Assembly: GCA_964187785.1 (NCBI GenBank)
Contig: OZ076409.1
Span: 55,430,001-55,494,000 of the forward strand
Direction of reading: 5' to 3'
Origin: Amphiscolops sp. MND2022
Taxonomy: Eukaryota
Length of the DNA stretch: 64,000 bases
The position numbers and the translations under genes are program-made. Of this stretch, positions 26,101 to 39,742 are shown in pieces. Below the pieces are notes generated by a model, which had not been told where the DNA came from, made no database searches, and saw only the letters and a list, made by a program, of their open reading frames with translations. Every line of letters begins with the position of its first letter. Position 1 is the first letter of the stretch.

Positions 26101-29100
26101 TCTAAAGAAAAATTCAATTTGTTTTGAAATTGATGTTCAAATTTCAGATTCGGTTCCTCCACTCCCAGTGGGAGAAGCTCCAATTGCAATTATGAAAGCC
26201 GAGGCAGATCAACCGTATCACACACTACACACGTCTGTAATTGCAAACACATTTGATGGCAACTATTCTACTGACCCACACGACTGCTACATGTCAAACA
26301 TGAGAAACAACGGATGGGCCATATTCCGTACAAACTATGCACACATTCAAAGAGTCTCTGTTCTCAGTAGAAGTGATAAAAGTGAGCTGTTTATTGTGTC
26401 ACTTTGAATCTTCGAATCATCTGGCAACTTGAAACCCCCCCATAACGAAAGAAATTTTAATGCCGAGAAAACCGCTCGAAATGGGAAGCCATTTTCACCA
26501 TCAGATCACAAGAATTAGATCTAAAATCAACTTTTTCCAAAAAATAGGTCTAAACACACCAAAATTACCAGAACCAAATTAACATACAGTGGAACTCCAG
26601 GAAACGTAGTGCCGACAAATGTCCCTAATGCTACCCGAGACATTAAGGTAACCTAAAAACACTGAGAAAAGTAAATCAAAGCGAATAGAATCTATAAAGA
26701 AGTCATCCAAGAGTTTGAATGAGTTTTCGTCAGCGTTTTGTCTACTTTTTTTGAGTATATCAGTTCAGAAATTGCCCCCGATAGTGTTGAAGATGAAAAC
26801 GATCAAAGAGGCTCAGAAGTTTCACCTCTATTCGAATTTTTTCAGAAAGGCAGTTTTTATGTCCATTGATGGGCCGTCGACGGAAAGGTCTTTCTGACCG
26901 TAAAACTTGCCTTAGGGTGGGCCACGGATGGACCATGGAGACCCTGGTTTGAACTGCTTGCACTTTTTACAAGTTTTTGTAGGTTACCAAGCTAATTTTT
27001 GATGATTTAATAAAACTCTCAAGGAAACCTCCATGCTTTAAAACTTCACTGATGCAATTTAAATTTATCAAGCTGCCTATAAGATGCATCCTAAATTTGG
27101 CGGCAATTCTGAGCCGCAAAATTTTGCAGGTTTCATAAAGACGCCATTCTAATTTTAAATGCAGCTGAGACCTTCGTCAATTTAACCGCGGTTTCAATGA
27201 AAATAAATTTCAGACGCATTATAATATTCAAAGTAGCGTCATATTCAGCATGATATTTGACTAACGGTGATTGCATAAGGTACTCACTGAGAAACTTACG
27301 CGTGAAAACAAAGTGCTCGCGGCGGTGAAGAAGTGGAAATGTTTTCAGTTTCAACTCAAATAGTGAAAGCTGCATAGTAATCCTACAAAATGCTTCCATA
27401 CAGGCTCCCGGAATTTTCCACGTTTTGTAAAAAATTAGCCTGCATGTTTTCTTGCAGCATGTAAAAAGTTCAAGCAATCTCGATTGGGGGGACCCTGCAT
27501 GGGAGACTATATGATCTCAGTACAGTTGAACACCCAGGTTGACCATCAAGGGGTATTTTCGGCCTTTTCATCCATTTTCATGACTTTTTCATGGCAATGC
27601 ATCCGAATAATGGCTGATCTTCCACGATGAAAGCTATGATAAGAAACCATGATACATTCATTGATATCCATGACAAAATGGTACATTATTTTTTTAACTA
27701 TTAAGCTTTTAGCAAAGCTGAGATAATTTATGCATTTCAGTAACAATCAATCCAGAGTCTTCGAATGGAACAAGTTTTGTTAACAAGAATGTTTCATGCA
27801 AAAATGTGCAATAACAATAACAAAAAAATGGCACCTTCCAGGAAGTGTTTTGAATTTAACATGTTGAATAGATTCATAACGTTGTAATTATAGCAAACAT
27901 TGTTTGAAAAAGTTTTGTACACTTTGAAATATCGTCGTCACTTTTAGACGTAGAACAACTAATTCCAGTTCACCGATTATCTTTTCCAAACGAACGTGTT
28001 TAATAGCATCACTATTACAAAATAAATCAAAGTTCAAATATTAAATGGTTGAATTCATGGGCTCATTTTTATTCATGATCAGTCATTGCCAATTACAGTG
28101 TATCGTGGCTTATCATTCATGATCATCCATGAGATGATGGTTTTTAAGCCATGATCATCCATGAATCATGGATATCTTTCCATGATAATGGATTGATTCG
28201 GGGCATAGCGTACCAATAGCGAATCATGGATAGAAAGCCATGGCATGGCCTGTAAACCTGGGCAAACATTTAAAAAATGGTACTAAGGACCCAAACACTG
28301 AAGGGAGTTCTGAAACTTATATTTTCCTTTTGCGCTTTTATCGCCTCATGTATGGCACCTCTTCATAGTTGTTTGTTTAATATTTATTTGTCTCCATTTT
28401 ACACTGTCTAGACCTAATAAGATGCAAGATGAATCAAGTGTTTGCTAGTGTTTGTATAGCAGAAAACAACTTTTCGGATCCCTTAAAAATGTAAGGATTC
28501 ATTCAAAATTGAAAAAGTATCAATTCATAACTTTCGGATTTTTGATGAAATTTTGCGTTTTGATGTCTAAAAGAATACAGTTATTCTCAGACACTTTTGT
28601 ATCATCCAGGTTTCACTGCCATTGGTCTTGGTGGAACGGAGGTGAAACTTTGTTTGAACTCTCACACGTGTTTTCTTTGTGGAGTTCTGCCAGAACCTGT
28701 CACGGGTCAATGGGTCAGTCTAACGTGTCAAAACGTTGATCAAAAAAGAACAGTAAACCAAGTACAGCTTAGCAACGCCAGAATGCCTCTCACTTTCTGC
28801 GAAGTGCAAGTGTATGGAACCGAAAATGGTTACGATTTGATTTTTGTCACAGGATTCACCACAAAATGTATTTCCATAATGTGTTTCAATCCATACATGA
28901 AACTATATGATTCCATGTAGGCAAAGTGTCACATATGCCGATATGATTTTATGCATGACGTGGTAGTAATGAGCTCTATGTTAACTGATCATCGACTGGG
29001 ATGAAAATCAAAACATGATGTTTCGCAGCTCAAACTAGAAAACATCATCTTGTCGTACAATCACTTTTGTGTTTTAATATAGACTCGATTGTGGTGCACA

Positions 29101-32100
29101 ATTAGATTTCAAGACATTTCACTTCTGGGGCAAAACCTAATGTGATGTAAACTATGGTAACTGTCGTCAGATATGCGACTTTCGTTGAGCGATTCAACAA
29201 CTACTTGATTGACTCAGTAACCTGAGCTTTGAAGTTGGCTTCGATGTTTCGTTTGAAAGTCCGAGTTGTCATTTCGACACTAATTGAAATTTTTGACAAC
29301 ACACTCAAACAAATTTTGAATAATTTCATACGATTCTTTACATGGAACTATAAGGTTAGTTCAGCAAAGAGAACCATGATAAACCATATGGAACCGAATG
29401 AATCAGTGGATTTTGGGTAGAAAGTCAGCGCCCCGCTTAGTGCTCAAAAAGCAGTGCCTCTTACAATTGCTCAGGCCGATAAAACCCAGAGGTTGCCCCG
29501 TCTAACTTGAAAACGTGAAAAACAGTTTAGTTATATGCGGAATCCGAACGAAGCATCCCCTGCTTCCCCCTAAAGGGGTGTCGATCTTCTGAGAAAAATG
29601 ACAAATCTTGAACACAAAGTCGCACTATGCCCAAAATAACCGTCCATTACAAGTAATTATGTCAGAATATAAAAAAGAGGATCTTTCCAATTCTTTTATG
29701 TAGAATTTTCGTGAATTTTTATGATCACTTCAAAAAGAGTAAAAATCACGACGAAAAGCCAACACAGTCCGACACATCCTAGGTCATATAGGCTAATTGT
29801 TGGGTGTTTGCCGTTAGTTACAAATGGACAGTTGACCTGTCATAGCGCCCATTTGATTGCTAAAAAAACTATGGTGTCTATGCTTTAAATTTCCGGAACT
29901 AACAACTTCATGGATCGACAACTTGTCATTTTGATGCATTGGGCCGAAAGCAACTACGCGTCATGTAACCGCAAGCTATCACCATTGCCGCAGCTCAGCT
30001 ATAGAGATGGAGGAGCACATGGCATAGGTATTTGCCCGGGACAAGAGCCCATGACCATGTGCTCCTCCATCTCTATAGCTGAGCTGCTCACAATTTCAGA
30101 CGTCGATGCTAGGTGATCGTTACATCACCAATATACTTTCTTTAGTCTTTTGTTTCCCACTTGTTTGTTCCTAAAAGCAAATTTCCTTCCTGCAAATTTC
30201 TGTTTTAGATATGGAGAAATGCCTAACCGCTGGAATCACTTGTTCTGAGTTTGCCATTTGCGCCACACGAGATTCCAAACACAAATGCTCTTGTATCAAT
30301 GGTTTTGAAGGAGACGGAACTCAGTGTTCAGGTTTCATTTTCTGCAAAATAATTTCAAATGATTGGTTTGTATGATATGCATGAATTTTCGAAAACTTCA
30401 AAATATTTTTAAATTCAATTCTTATGCGTTTGAAGGAATCATAGAATCGAACGAATGTAATTTCATTGTGAACTTGGACCACCGGGAAGACGTTTGCAGC
30501 TTTTATAATGGTAATGCTTGGGCTATCATGGAATCTCATAGGGCTTTGAAGCGCGTATCAAAGAAAATGGCGCGAAACTCGTAATGCAAATTTCTAATCT
30601 CTTCGTTGGAAGGGCAGTATTTTGCCACTGAATGTCCCAGGCATGTAACTTAACGTTTTGTAGTGATTGAGTTATAGTTGCTCTTTAACACTGCCTACAT
30701 TGCAAAGTTAAGACACGATATACTGTAAAACGAACCTCATTTTTATGTGTTAAAACTTTTTTGTGTTTTTGGATTTTTGAGAAAAAGTCCCCTGGTGACA
30801 ACTAAAAGACAGAGTGACCAAAGGTTCGAAATTGCTTCCTCTGGTGATCACTGGTATACTAGAGGTAAAGTTTACGGTTTAGTGCCAACCTGGATTTACT
30901 CTTCTGTCAACCAAAAATTGTTCCCAGATATTGAAGAGTGTACCCCAAGTGCCCCAGAGTTTATAAACGTTTGTAATACAACGACTGAGATTTGTCAGAA
31001 CACATTTGGGTCATTCGAGTGTCACTGTCGGGAAGGTTATGCGCACACTGACAGCCAACTAAAGTGCAGCAATATCAACGAATGCGAAACTGGCACTCAT
31101 TGTCAGGGAGCTTATGAAGAGTGTGTCGATCTTCAAGGAACATACAGATGCGATTGTGTCACTGGATTTTTTCGGGTTGATCATCAATGCATGGGTACTG
31201 TTTTACTGTTTTCAATTCCATAATTCTTCACTGAATTCGATTTCAGGTTTTTTTGAATTACACTTGACTGGTACACAAAAAAGTCCTAGTTCCATACCCA
31301 AGGATAACAGTGGTTACCTTATAGAGAAGCCTTTTTTGTGAATGGCTGCCCGGGTTTCTCTCCCTATGCAAAACAGGCTGATCATAGTCTGACGTATTGA
31401 AAACTATTCGACTTCAGGCTTATCATATTCTGTAACCATAGAACTATAGGATTCAATGCTGATCGTAGACCTGGCGGATCCATTACAGTTTGCTTCATCG
31501 ATCATCATTGTCATTTCAGTCCATGTGCGCCACTCTGAAACTATTTAATAGGTTTCCCACAACAATTAGGCTGTGTTGTGTTCAACAGTTGATGCACATC
31601 ATTCGGTTCGTCAGGTTTCATGAATGACATAGTAGAATGAAGTAGTCCAGTTAATTTGCTTTCGGCATTTAAAGGGGATTCATCGTCGCTAGGTTTAGAA
31701 AGAAGTATAACTCTGCGTGGTTGAAGGTTGAAGTCTTCCATACCGCTCAAAGGTTCACGAAACTTTGATTGGCAGTGTCTTGTTTGACAAAAAAAATGAC
31801 CCAATTGCCGGATCTACTGTCAGCTTCTAATGATGATGCCTGTTTTTCATCGCAATTGTTTTTATAGAAATCGCAGTTCAGACTCTTCGTAGTATGGGTC
31901 ATCTATCATTTCAGCTTCATCTTGGTAAGATTGAAAAAAGATTTTTGATGATTTATATTGTGCAATAATTGGTGCAGACTTGGTGATCAGTTTGACCTGC
32001 AAACCCGCGTGTACAATCAAGTTATTTAAAATGGGAACTTTTTCATCATTTTTCATCTTTTTCTATTCTTCCCAACTGAGCAGTACTAGAATTCAACATG

Positions 32101-32451
32101 AACCTCCTCTATATGAGAAGTAGATATTCATGCAAGTTTTACTCACATCCAAGAACTGATTTCATTTTTCTCTTTTTTTCATCAAAGACATTGACGAATG
32201 TGAATGGTTTCTGTGCAACGCAGTTGTAGAAAGGTGTTTGAATTCTATTGGATCTTTTGAGTGTGAGTGTATCGAAGGCTATTCCCGGAAACCCCCAGAA
32301 AATACATGTACAAATATCAACGAGTGTGAATCGGGGCTCGTTTGTTTGGGAGACCATGAGACGTGCGAAGATTTTGAAGGGGGATACTCATGCGATTGTG
32401 AACCGGGTTATCAATACACGACTGCCCCCGGCAATCCTATCATGTGTCTTG
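23142..32451 (+). CDS. Gene B (3' end uncertain): secreted LDLa / F-type lectin / EGF x5 protein
   Basis: Exon 23142-23199 or 24389-24446, then 25431-25550, 26148-26381, 28610-28828, 30209-30331, 30928-31194, 32188-32451; all introns phase 1, GT-AG. Confidence 0.85.
24389..24446 (+). CDS. Gene B signal-peptide exon, copy 2
   Basis: MENVILLTTVGFLCLVACY then GTAAGT. Confidence 0.75.
25431..25550 (+). CDS. Gene B exon, LDL-receptor class A-like repeat
   Basis: CSNG...KCDGNKYCSDGGDEKQC; TTTTCAG acceptor. Confidence 0.85.
26148..26381 (+). CDS. Gene B exon, F-type lectin (F5/8-like) domain, N-half
   Basis: FDGN...CYMS...W...IQRVSVLSRSD; TTTCAG acceptor, GTGAG donor. Confidence 0.85.
26941..27491. 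mobile_element. MITE, same family as 8989-9325
   Basis: TIR ...TGCTTGCACTTTTTACA / TGTAAAAAGTTCAAGCA...; left part is the reverse complement of ~7905-8065. Confidence 0.7.
27532..28262. mobile_element. MITE with CCCAGGTT...AACCTGGG termini
   Basis: Short TIR plus CATG-rich subterminal repeats at both ends. Confidence 0.6.
28610..28828 (+). CDS. Gene B exon, F-type lectin domain, C-half
   Basis: LCG...SLTC...LTFCEVQVYG signature. Confidence 0.85.
29990..30087. repeat. Foldback with perfect 33-bp arms
   Basis: GCAGCTCAGCTATAGAGATGGAGGAGCACATGG (29990-30022) and its exact reverse complement (30055-30087). Confidence 0.95.
30209..30331 (+). CDS. Gene B exon, EGF domain
   Basis: CLTAGITCSEFAICATRDSKHKCSCINGFEGDGTQC; not in the supplied ORF track. 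Confidence 0.85.
30928..31194 (+). CDS. Gene B exon, two calcium-binding EGF domains
   Basis: DIEEC...CQNTFGSFECHC; NINEC...CVDLQGTYRCDC. Confidence 0.92.
32188..32451 (+). CDS. Gene B exon, two calcium-binding EGF domains
   Basis: DIDEC...CLNSIGSFECEC; NINEC...CEDFEGGYSCDC; GTGAGT donor. Confidence 0.92.
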
Positions 32452-34273
32452 GTGAGTTCATAAACCTTGGAAACACTATGGTTAACATTTATATCAATAG
32501 GTAGAGATTTTGTTCTAATTTGAGATACTTTCAAGAAAGTTGTCAAACATCAATTGGTTATGGTTTCATGTAACAAAAAGAAGGTTTATTTTCAAGTTTC
32601 AGCTCGGCTGTGTTGTCACACTATTTTGATTCGTTACTGATAAAAACTTGCAAAACTGTGCTGTGATGAAATTGGCCTTTACTCTGGCATTGTCAAACAA
32701 TTTTTGAAAATTCTTATGTCTTCTGATCCGCTACCCACGCCTCAAAGTGCCTTATATCCAGATCATCCATTACACATCGTGGTTGACATTTGCTCTTTTG
32801 ATTGTAAATCAATGGTTGTCTCTTCTGCTGGGCAATTGTTCTGGGCATTGAAACGTGTTATTTCTGATGTTCCTCAAAGGTCTCTATTGAGCAGTTTAAA
32901 ATGCCGATGATTCTCTGGCTCTAACAAATACCATCACCATCTGGAAACACCTCGAGCGCTGTTGCTTCGGTGACACACGTTCACTACCAACACTTCAATA
33001 CTAAATGTCACTCAATGATTCTCTAAAACTGGTATTTTTTCTTTGTTTTTTTCTTTCATTTCAAATACGCAATTACACTTGAATAAGTAACTTTCTATGA
33101 AATTTGCTTTTTCTTTGGTAGTCTTTTCTTTAATCTACGCTTGTTACACTCGCATACTTTTATACTTATTTACATTTCAGATTTTGCAGGTTTGACCTCA
33201 ATTTCCGTCTAAGTTACATTCATTTTTATGAAGTGCATCTTTGAAGAATTATTGACACGGTGAGGCGGACAGAAGCTTTCTCAAAAAATACCTTTAAGCA
33301 TATAAAAAACTCTGCTCTTCTGGAGCTTTAAGCGCAGCGTTGACTTCGACCGGTTAAATTGCGCTTAAGGCAAAAATGTTGTTCTGTCATATATCAGAAA
33401 TTAGGCAGAGAGGCGGAAAATTTTTTTTCATCTTAGAATTTCTTCAAGGAGCTGCGGGGTTCTCTCCTATAGAGATTCTCTGGATAGTGAGAGTTGATGT
33501 TTTGGATAATCAATTAGAGTGTTTCAGGTAGTATGATGTATTTACAAAACATGAGATGAAGTTTACCATAATTCGATGATTGCGTCAAAATAGCGAAAAG
33601 AAACGTCAGCAGTTTGGTTGAACGTTTTTACGATTCGCTATTTATCTCGGTTTTCTTTTGGGGTCCATTTCTAGCGATACAGAGGCTCCCTTATCGTAGG
33701 CGTGTTTATCTGTTATTGCCTGCAACATCTGATAGGTCCACGTCTGTCCTAAGTACATCTGAACAAAAATTTGTACATGATTCTTGAGTCATGACACTAC
33801 CCACAATTGAGGATTGCAGAATGTCACCGTCAGCCACAAATAAGAAATAACCATTAGTACTCGAATAGTCGACACAAAAATCCGGGAAAAGAAATGAGAA
33901 AATTGTAAAAATGTGGAAAAATAGAGTGCCTCAGAATATGAAAAAGAGCCTCCTTATGAATACAATAAACACTAAAAAAAATGGCCTGAAAAAATTCAAA
34001 ATATGCTATAGTGTTCATTCAAAATGGATGCTGTTTTGTTCAAAGAAGGTTTGTTGTTCTAATTTTTGATTAATGGAGGAGTATAAAGTCTTTATGCTTT
34101 GTGATGTTTTATCACTGACGCCGGGAGGCGTGCGGCCCGCACGTGCCTGAAAGTAACTTTGCCTCATAAGTCAGTTTCCTGTGTGAACTAAATGAGCCTA
34201 CTTCTTTTAAGTGATTAGTTTGTTTGTATTGTTCGCTGAGTTCTACCTTCAGGTACTTATGTTTACAAACAAT

Positions 34274-34582
34274 AGTGAGTAGGCGATGAACGTGTCAACA
34301 AAAGTGGGCGTTCAACAAGAGCGAGAAAAGTTATTCGAAATACAAAAAATTATATATCACGAGAGTGGACTTAAGATTGGACAAATACAACAACCAATGA
34401 GCTTGTAAGCAATATAGGCGATGAACAAAAGTGAGTAGGCGATGAACGTGTCAACAAAAGTGGGCGTTCAATAAGAGAGAGAAAAATTATTCGAAATACA
34501 AAAAAAATATATCACGAGAGTGGACTTACGATTGGACAAATACAACAACCAATGAGCTTGTAAGCAATATAGGCGATGAACA
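34274..34582. repeat. 156-bp tandem duplication
   Basis: Two near-identical copies bounded by TAGGCGATGAAC. Confidence 0.9.
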
Positions 34583-35055
34583 TATTCATCAAGAGAAAAA
34601 TGGAGTATGGAGAAAAAGTGTTCCAAATCTGCAATGTTTGAATTTAAAAAAGTACATCTGGATGAGCTGGATGATAAACTTCAAAAGATACAGTCAAGGT
34701 GATTTAGTTACTCTTGTATAGTGGTGCCACGACAAAATGAATAGAAGGTAGCTTTAAATGGGAAAATAGAAGAGAAGCTCTTCTAATCCTAATGAAAGCG
34801 CTGGAGTAAAGTTTCGTTATATGGAGATGCAAATAACAAAGAGGTGTGGCAATGAACGCACTGACAATGATCCCAAAAGGAGGGTTTTGAACTTCTCAGG
34901 GAGTATCTTAGAGGAAAGGAAGCGTTTATTGCAAGTGATTGATGGGTTTGTTTATTTCGTGATAAATATTACTACTTGTAGTAGGAGCTGACGATCTGTA
35001 TATCGTTGTAGTGGGTTGGTGATGCACTTTTCTCATGGCTTCGCTTTTTACGGAA

Positions 35056-36480
35056 CTATCCAGTGGTTATCACTGCCAATGTTAGGGTGCCATTGAGATC
35101 ATCGCCGTGGACAGTTAAATGAGAGCGCAGTTTGGTTTTCCTCTTTCTAACTTTATAATGATGTGGAAAAGAAAGGAGACGTCTTATAGGGTATCGAAAG
35201 TACAAAATTGTAAAGAGAATTTGAAGCGCCATTGATAATGTTAAAAAAGCAGTGCCAATGACTTTCGTTGTTCTGAAGTTCGCAAAGGAATCAAATTTTC
35301 TTGTGTACATATTTTTAATGAGAGTCATTTTGATAGCTACTGGTTTTGTTTTCATGTACGTGTCATCAGCTTTCGAGAGTGCCGATGACATATGTTTTAC
35401 CTCGACTTTGATGGATTTTAGGAGTGCAAGGTTCGCTTGGCTTGTTGTTAAATACAACGGCAATTCATTTATCGAAGGATGAGCTGTGAGAACCTTTGAT
35501 CTACGTTCATTATGGTAGCAAGGATCGTCGAACGTCTTTGTAGACCAGAACGAATTCAGACGTTTGGACCCGAAATCTGCTTCCCACATGTGGAGGTGAC
35601 AACGATGATTCGGCATCCAGGAAAGCTGGATGTTGCAACTGGTGTCGAGGATTTCATGTAAGATTCTGTCAGTATGTAGTCGACGGAAGCTGCTGTTATA
35701 AGCCAGGCACCTAACGTACAGACAAACACTTGTGAAGGACTTGTCTAATGCAGGGTATGCGTATCCGGTCAGTCTTGGGGGTTCTCGCAGCTCTAACGGC
35801 TAAAGAATTAGTCACGAATTGCGAATGTTGCACATTACATGTATGACATTAAGGAAATAAAATTTCCTTGAACATTTTCAGATTTCTCCAGAGTTTTCAA
35901 ATGTGTTTCTTTTCCGGGGCAAGTCTTAAGGAAAGAATACTACCAGTGTCAGTGGCTAGGATAATTGAGCTTTGTGCGAAATTAAACTACACGTGTCAGT
36001 GTGAAGAGATTGGAACCTCAAATACAGGCGAGACATGATATAGTTAGAAAATTTCTGGTAAATAGCTTGTGGGAAAACTAGCGGAGGTGGAGGGGAATGT
36101 ATCTTCTCGTCCGTGTATCACCTCCTAATCGAACGGATGTCTGAAATGAAAATGTCACAAAGACGCAAAAATGGAGAGTATCTTTGTAAACAAGTATGAA
36201 AGTGGTCAGTATGGGTGTTTTCTACAGATCGACATAGCAGTGAATATGTCAAAGCGTCAGTAGCCGTCACGGAGCACGGGGTTAGGAACAAACGGCCAGA
36301 ATAAAGGAAAAGGCTGGAATACCTTTCTGATTGATTTAAAAATGAATGATTTAAACAGTTGCTAGCGAAAGCAACATTTCTTCGAACCAGTATACTGGCA
36401 ATATCAGGATGGAGGGGCTGGGTCAGATTCCGATTCGAAGAGGAGAGTAAGGGCCGAACTGGAGTCTTCATGCTTCAGTG
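35056..36480 (-). pseudogene. Envelope/fusion-glycoprotein-like remnant
   Basis: Broken Cys-rich ectodomain (GCRIIVVTSTCG), then hydrophobic VIGTAFLTLSMALQILFTILYF and a basic tail; lies next to the 3' LTR; boundaries approximate. Confidence 0.5.
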
Positions 36481-39297
36481 CATGCAAGGCGAAAGAAGCC
36501 ATCATGGTGCATTCCATTGTGAACCCCTGTGGGACTATCCTGAAGCTTAGCCTGTGAAAACACAACTGTTGCAGAAAGCAGAAGTGTGTGTATATTGAGG
36601 GGTATATAAGGCATGTAGTGTAATGCCCTTAAAGCAACATGGGGGCACACTCAGGAATGTTGCGACAGCGACGAGGCTGAGAGAGCAGTCGGATGTAGTT
36701 CCACAGCCGTTTGACTACAATAATGTAGCTTAAAAGCATATAAAAATACAAAAAATCAATTAAAATAAGGGCAATCATTCAAAATAGATGTTTACAGGGT
36801 ACACTAAAATGTGCATCGTAGAAAGAAAACCGACATGGTCTTTTGCAACACTTTAGAACAAACAGGTGAAGAGAACTTTGCAAAGAATTGAAAAATTCCA
36901 GGTGCGTGTCAAAAAGTTGACGTACGACAAGATTTGAAAATTTTTGTCTCCGATCTTCGATTTTTTAGCTCAATCGCTTCATTGGGTCACAAAATGTTGA
37001 ATGGCCAACAATCAAAGGTATCCATTGTGAATTGGTGGAGTTAGAGTCTAACAATGACCGTAACCTGAGGTACTTTTCGATGCAAAATTCAGTCGAAATT
37101 TCACCAAGAAAAACTACGCGAGGGTAGAAAGAACAATACAAATGGATTTTTTGGGACTAACAAAGCTAAATGTAAAATTGTGCAGCTCAGATAAGTACAT
37201 GTAGAGAAAACGTGAAAAATGACGAGAAAAGTTGCTCTTTTGGGCCAAAATATTCGAAATTTGCATTAGTGTGGACTATTTTTATCGGGTATTGCTATAC
37301 AATTTGGGTTTTTTGGCTTTCGGCGCAATTGTGTATCACGCTGCGTCCATTTTGAGGGTTTTGGAGAACGTCGATCATAAATCGGCAGTATGATCACAGT
37401 AGGGATGCGTTTTTGAAGTGTCAACTCAGCATTTGGAATCTGGGCTGAGGAGTCACAAATTGGACTTCTAGACGGCGGAACAGAGTGAAACTGTGGAGGT
37501 GCCTCAAATTGAAGGCGGCTATTGTGAAGTGGTGTTCTAGAAGACATTTGGAGGGTCTGGTGGAAATTGCTGGGTCTAGGTAACATAGCACACAGTATAG
37601 GGAAATCGGTCTAGGTGTTCTAGATTGAAAAGAAGGTGGGGGCGTTATCACAGATGGAAAAGGGGCACTCGGTAGGGTGCTCGGATGTGTATAAGTCACG
37701 GTGGTGTGAGTTGAACTACCTTGGGGGTGGCTCTCTTGGCTGAGGGTTCATTGTCTATCCGGCTCGGAAACTTGAAGAATGAATAGAAAACCTGTGTGAC
37801 TTTTTAATTAGAGTTGCACAGGCCAGTATATTGATTCAGACAGTGTATGAAAAGGTAGACATTGTTCATGGTTGCTGAACTCTCTTATGATAGCGATTAC
37901 GCGCACCGTGCTTGACTGGCTAGCACCTGCATACAGGAGGGGCAAAGGAAACCAACCTAGGCTGGGAGTACTTCCCAAGTGGAGCAGGATGTCAGTCTGT
38001 ACTCGGGCGGTGATATGACGGAAGGGAAGGATACACCAAAACCTCACCCAAGGATACGAAGATGCCTTCACGAATGGAGCGACAAAATAAACATTATATG
38101 CGTAAATCTCGGACTCCTGGCAGAGCCGTTAGTGAAGTGTGAGAGTTACTGTTAAATGTCAACTGTAGTCTGTGATGGGCGAAGGTTGCTCAGTGAACGA
38201 CACCCACAACCAAATCTCCCCCAGTCCTGATAACTAGCAGGGACTCTCCAAAAACCTGGCTAGGCTTAAAGTCCTCAAATGAGAATCGGGGTATGATCCC
38301 ATCTCAGCCTTCTCGGAGGTGGCAACACTCTGTTAAAATCACTCTCGAGTCGATTTTAATGCATTCCCAAAGCGGTTGAGTCTTGCCTGATTGGTACTTG
38401 TACTTTTCTTGGTAACAGACGCTGTAACTCGCATGCTGCATTTCAGATCTACTTTCACATTCTGTCTGCTCGGATTAGAGGTCATTGTTAATTCGATGGT
38501 CCTGGACATGCGTAGCGGACTCTATGTGGCTGTAGTGAAGTTCAATACTCGTTAGGATGGTCCTGATTCAGCTGAGCGCAGGACGCGATACCGACTTGAA
38601 TTGAGGCATAAGGGGGTTGGTATTGACTATCTGAAGTGACCTCGGTCATGTAAGACTGTCTCTATCTTCACCTGGACCGAATGTAGTAGCTCATTGGCAT
38701 ATAGAAACCAACTGGGTAAGGGAGTATCTTAGGTAGAAATAGGACAGTAGTGGAAACCCTTCAAACTAAGCTACTGGAGTTCTGCCTACAGATCCGCCCT
38801 ACACTTAACCCAACCGAGTAGTTCTCTCAGGGACCGTTGGCTGTTATTATCGAGAACGCTCAAACCTCATTGAAAAGATAATGGGGGCCTTATTAGGTGT
38901 AACAACCTTAATGAACTGATTTAACAAAAGGCGGTTAAGTTGTATGGTTGCTACCATTAGGATTAGCGAGTATGCGCATCGCATATTGTCACGATTATGA
39001 GCCTAGTGTGTGTGGGGGGGCTCCAGTGTATGTTGAGAACAGTAGGCAGCATACTTAGCCTAATTGTTCGAGGATGCGTGAACACCAATTGAGCAGGAGC
39101 TCTACCCTTACCAGAGATATCGCTGGTAGTAGCTAGATAAGTGTCAATGATGAATGGGTGGACTCAGCACTTCGTGCTCGAGGATGAAACTCAGTAAAGG
39201 CCCATAGCTAAACATCTCCTAACGGAGAACTGAGACACCTTGGGGGTAATGGGAAGATCTATTGAGACAACGATTCGCTCAGGATAAGGTTTGACTA

Positions 39298-39742
39298 TCA
39301 AAACCAAAAAAAGTATTTGATCACTTTAAGTCTGAAGAGGAAAATAATCGGAAAGGTGCTCGAGATCGGGTCGGTGTTTCTAGGTAAAATGCTAAAAGAG
39401 GAGCCACAAAGCGTTGCCTTTGCTAGTGAAACCACAAAAACATCAGCATATTCGGTAGACGACTTATACTGAGCATTAACGTCACCAGCAATGGTGTCTA
39501 AAGCGACAGCATCCAAAGTGAAATGGGGTTTACGGGAAGTTCATTATATCATCGTGCAGTGGTGCCCAATTCAAGGGCAGAGCCTTAGGAGGTTGGATTT
39601 CCAAAGGAGGGGCAACCGGTGCAGTAGGGGGTACTACAAGACGCGGAGTAGGCTGAATAGTTTTAGTTAAATCTCTGAATTCTTCAGAAACTTTTGCAGT
39701 CTCTCGTTCAGAGTGTCGTTAGCAACAAAAACAGCTTGCCAT
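39298..39742 (-). pseudogene. Accessory ORF remnant with N-terminal Cys cluster and PTAP motif
   Basis: MASCFCC*RHSERE...LVVPPTAPVAPP; contains stops and a frameshift. Confidence 0.5.
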
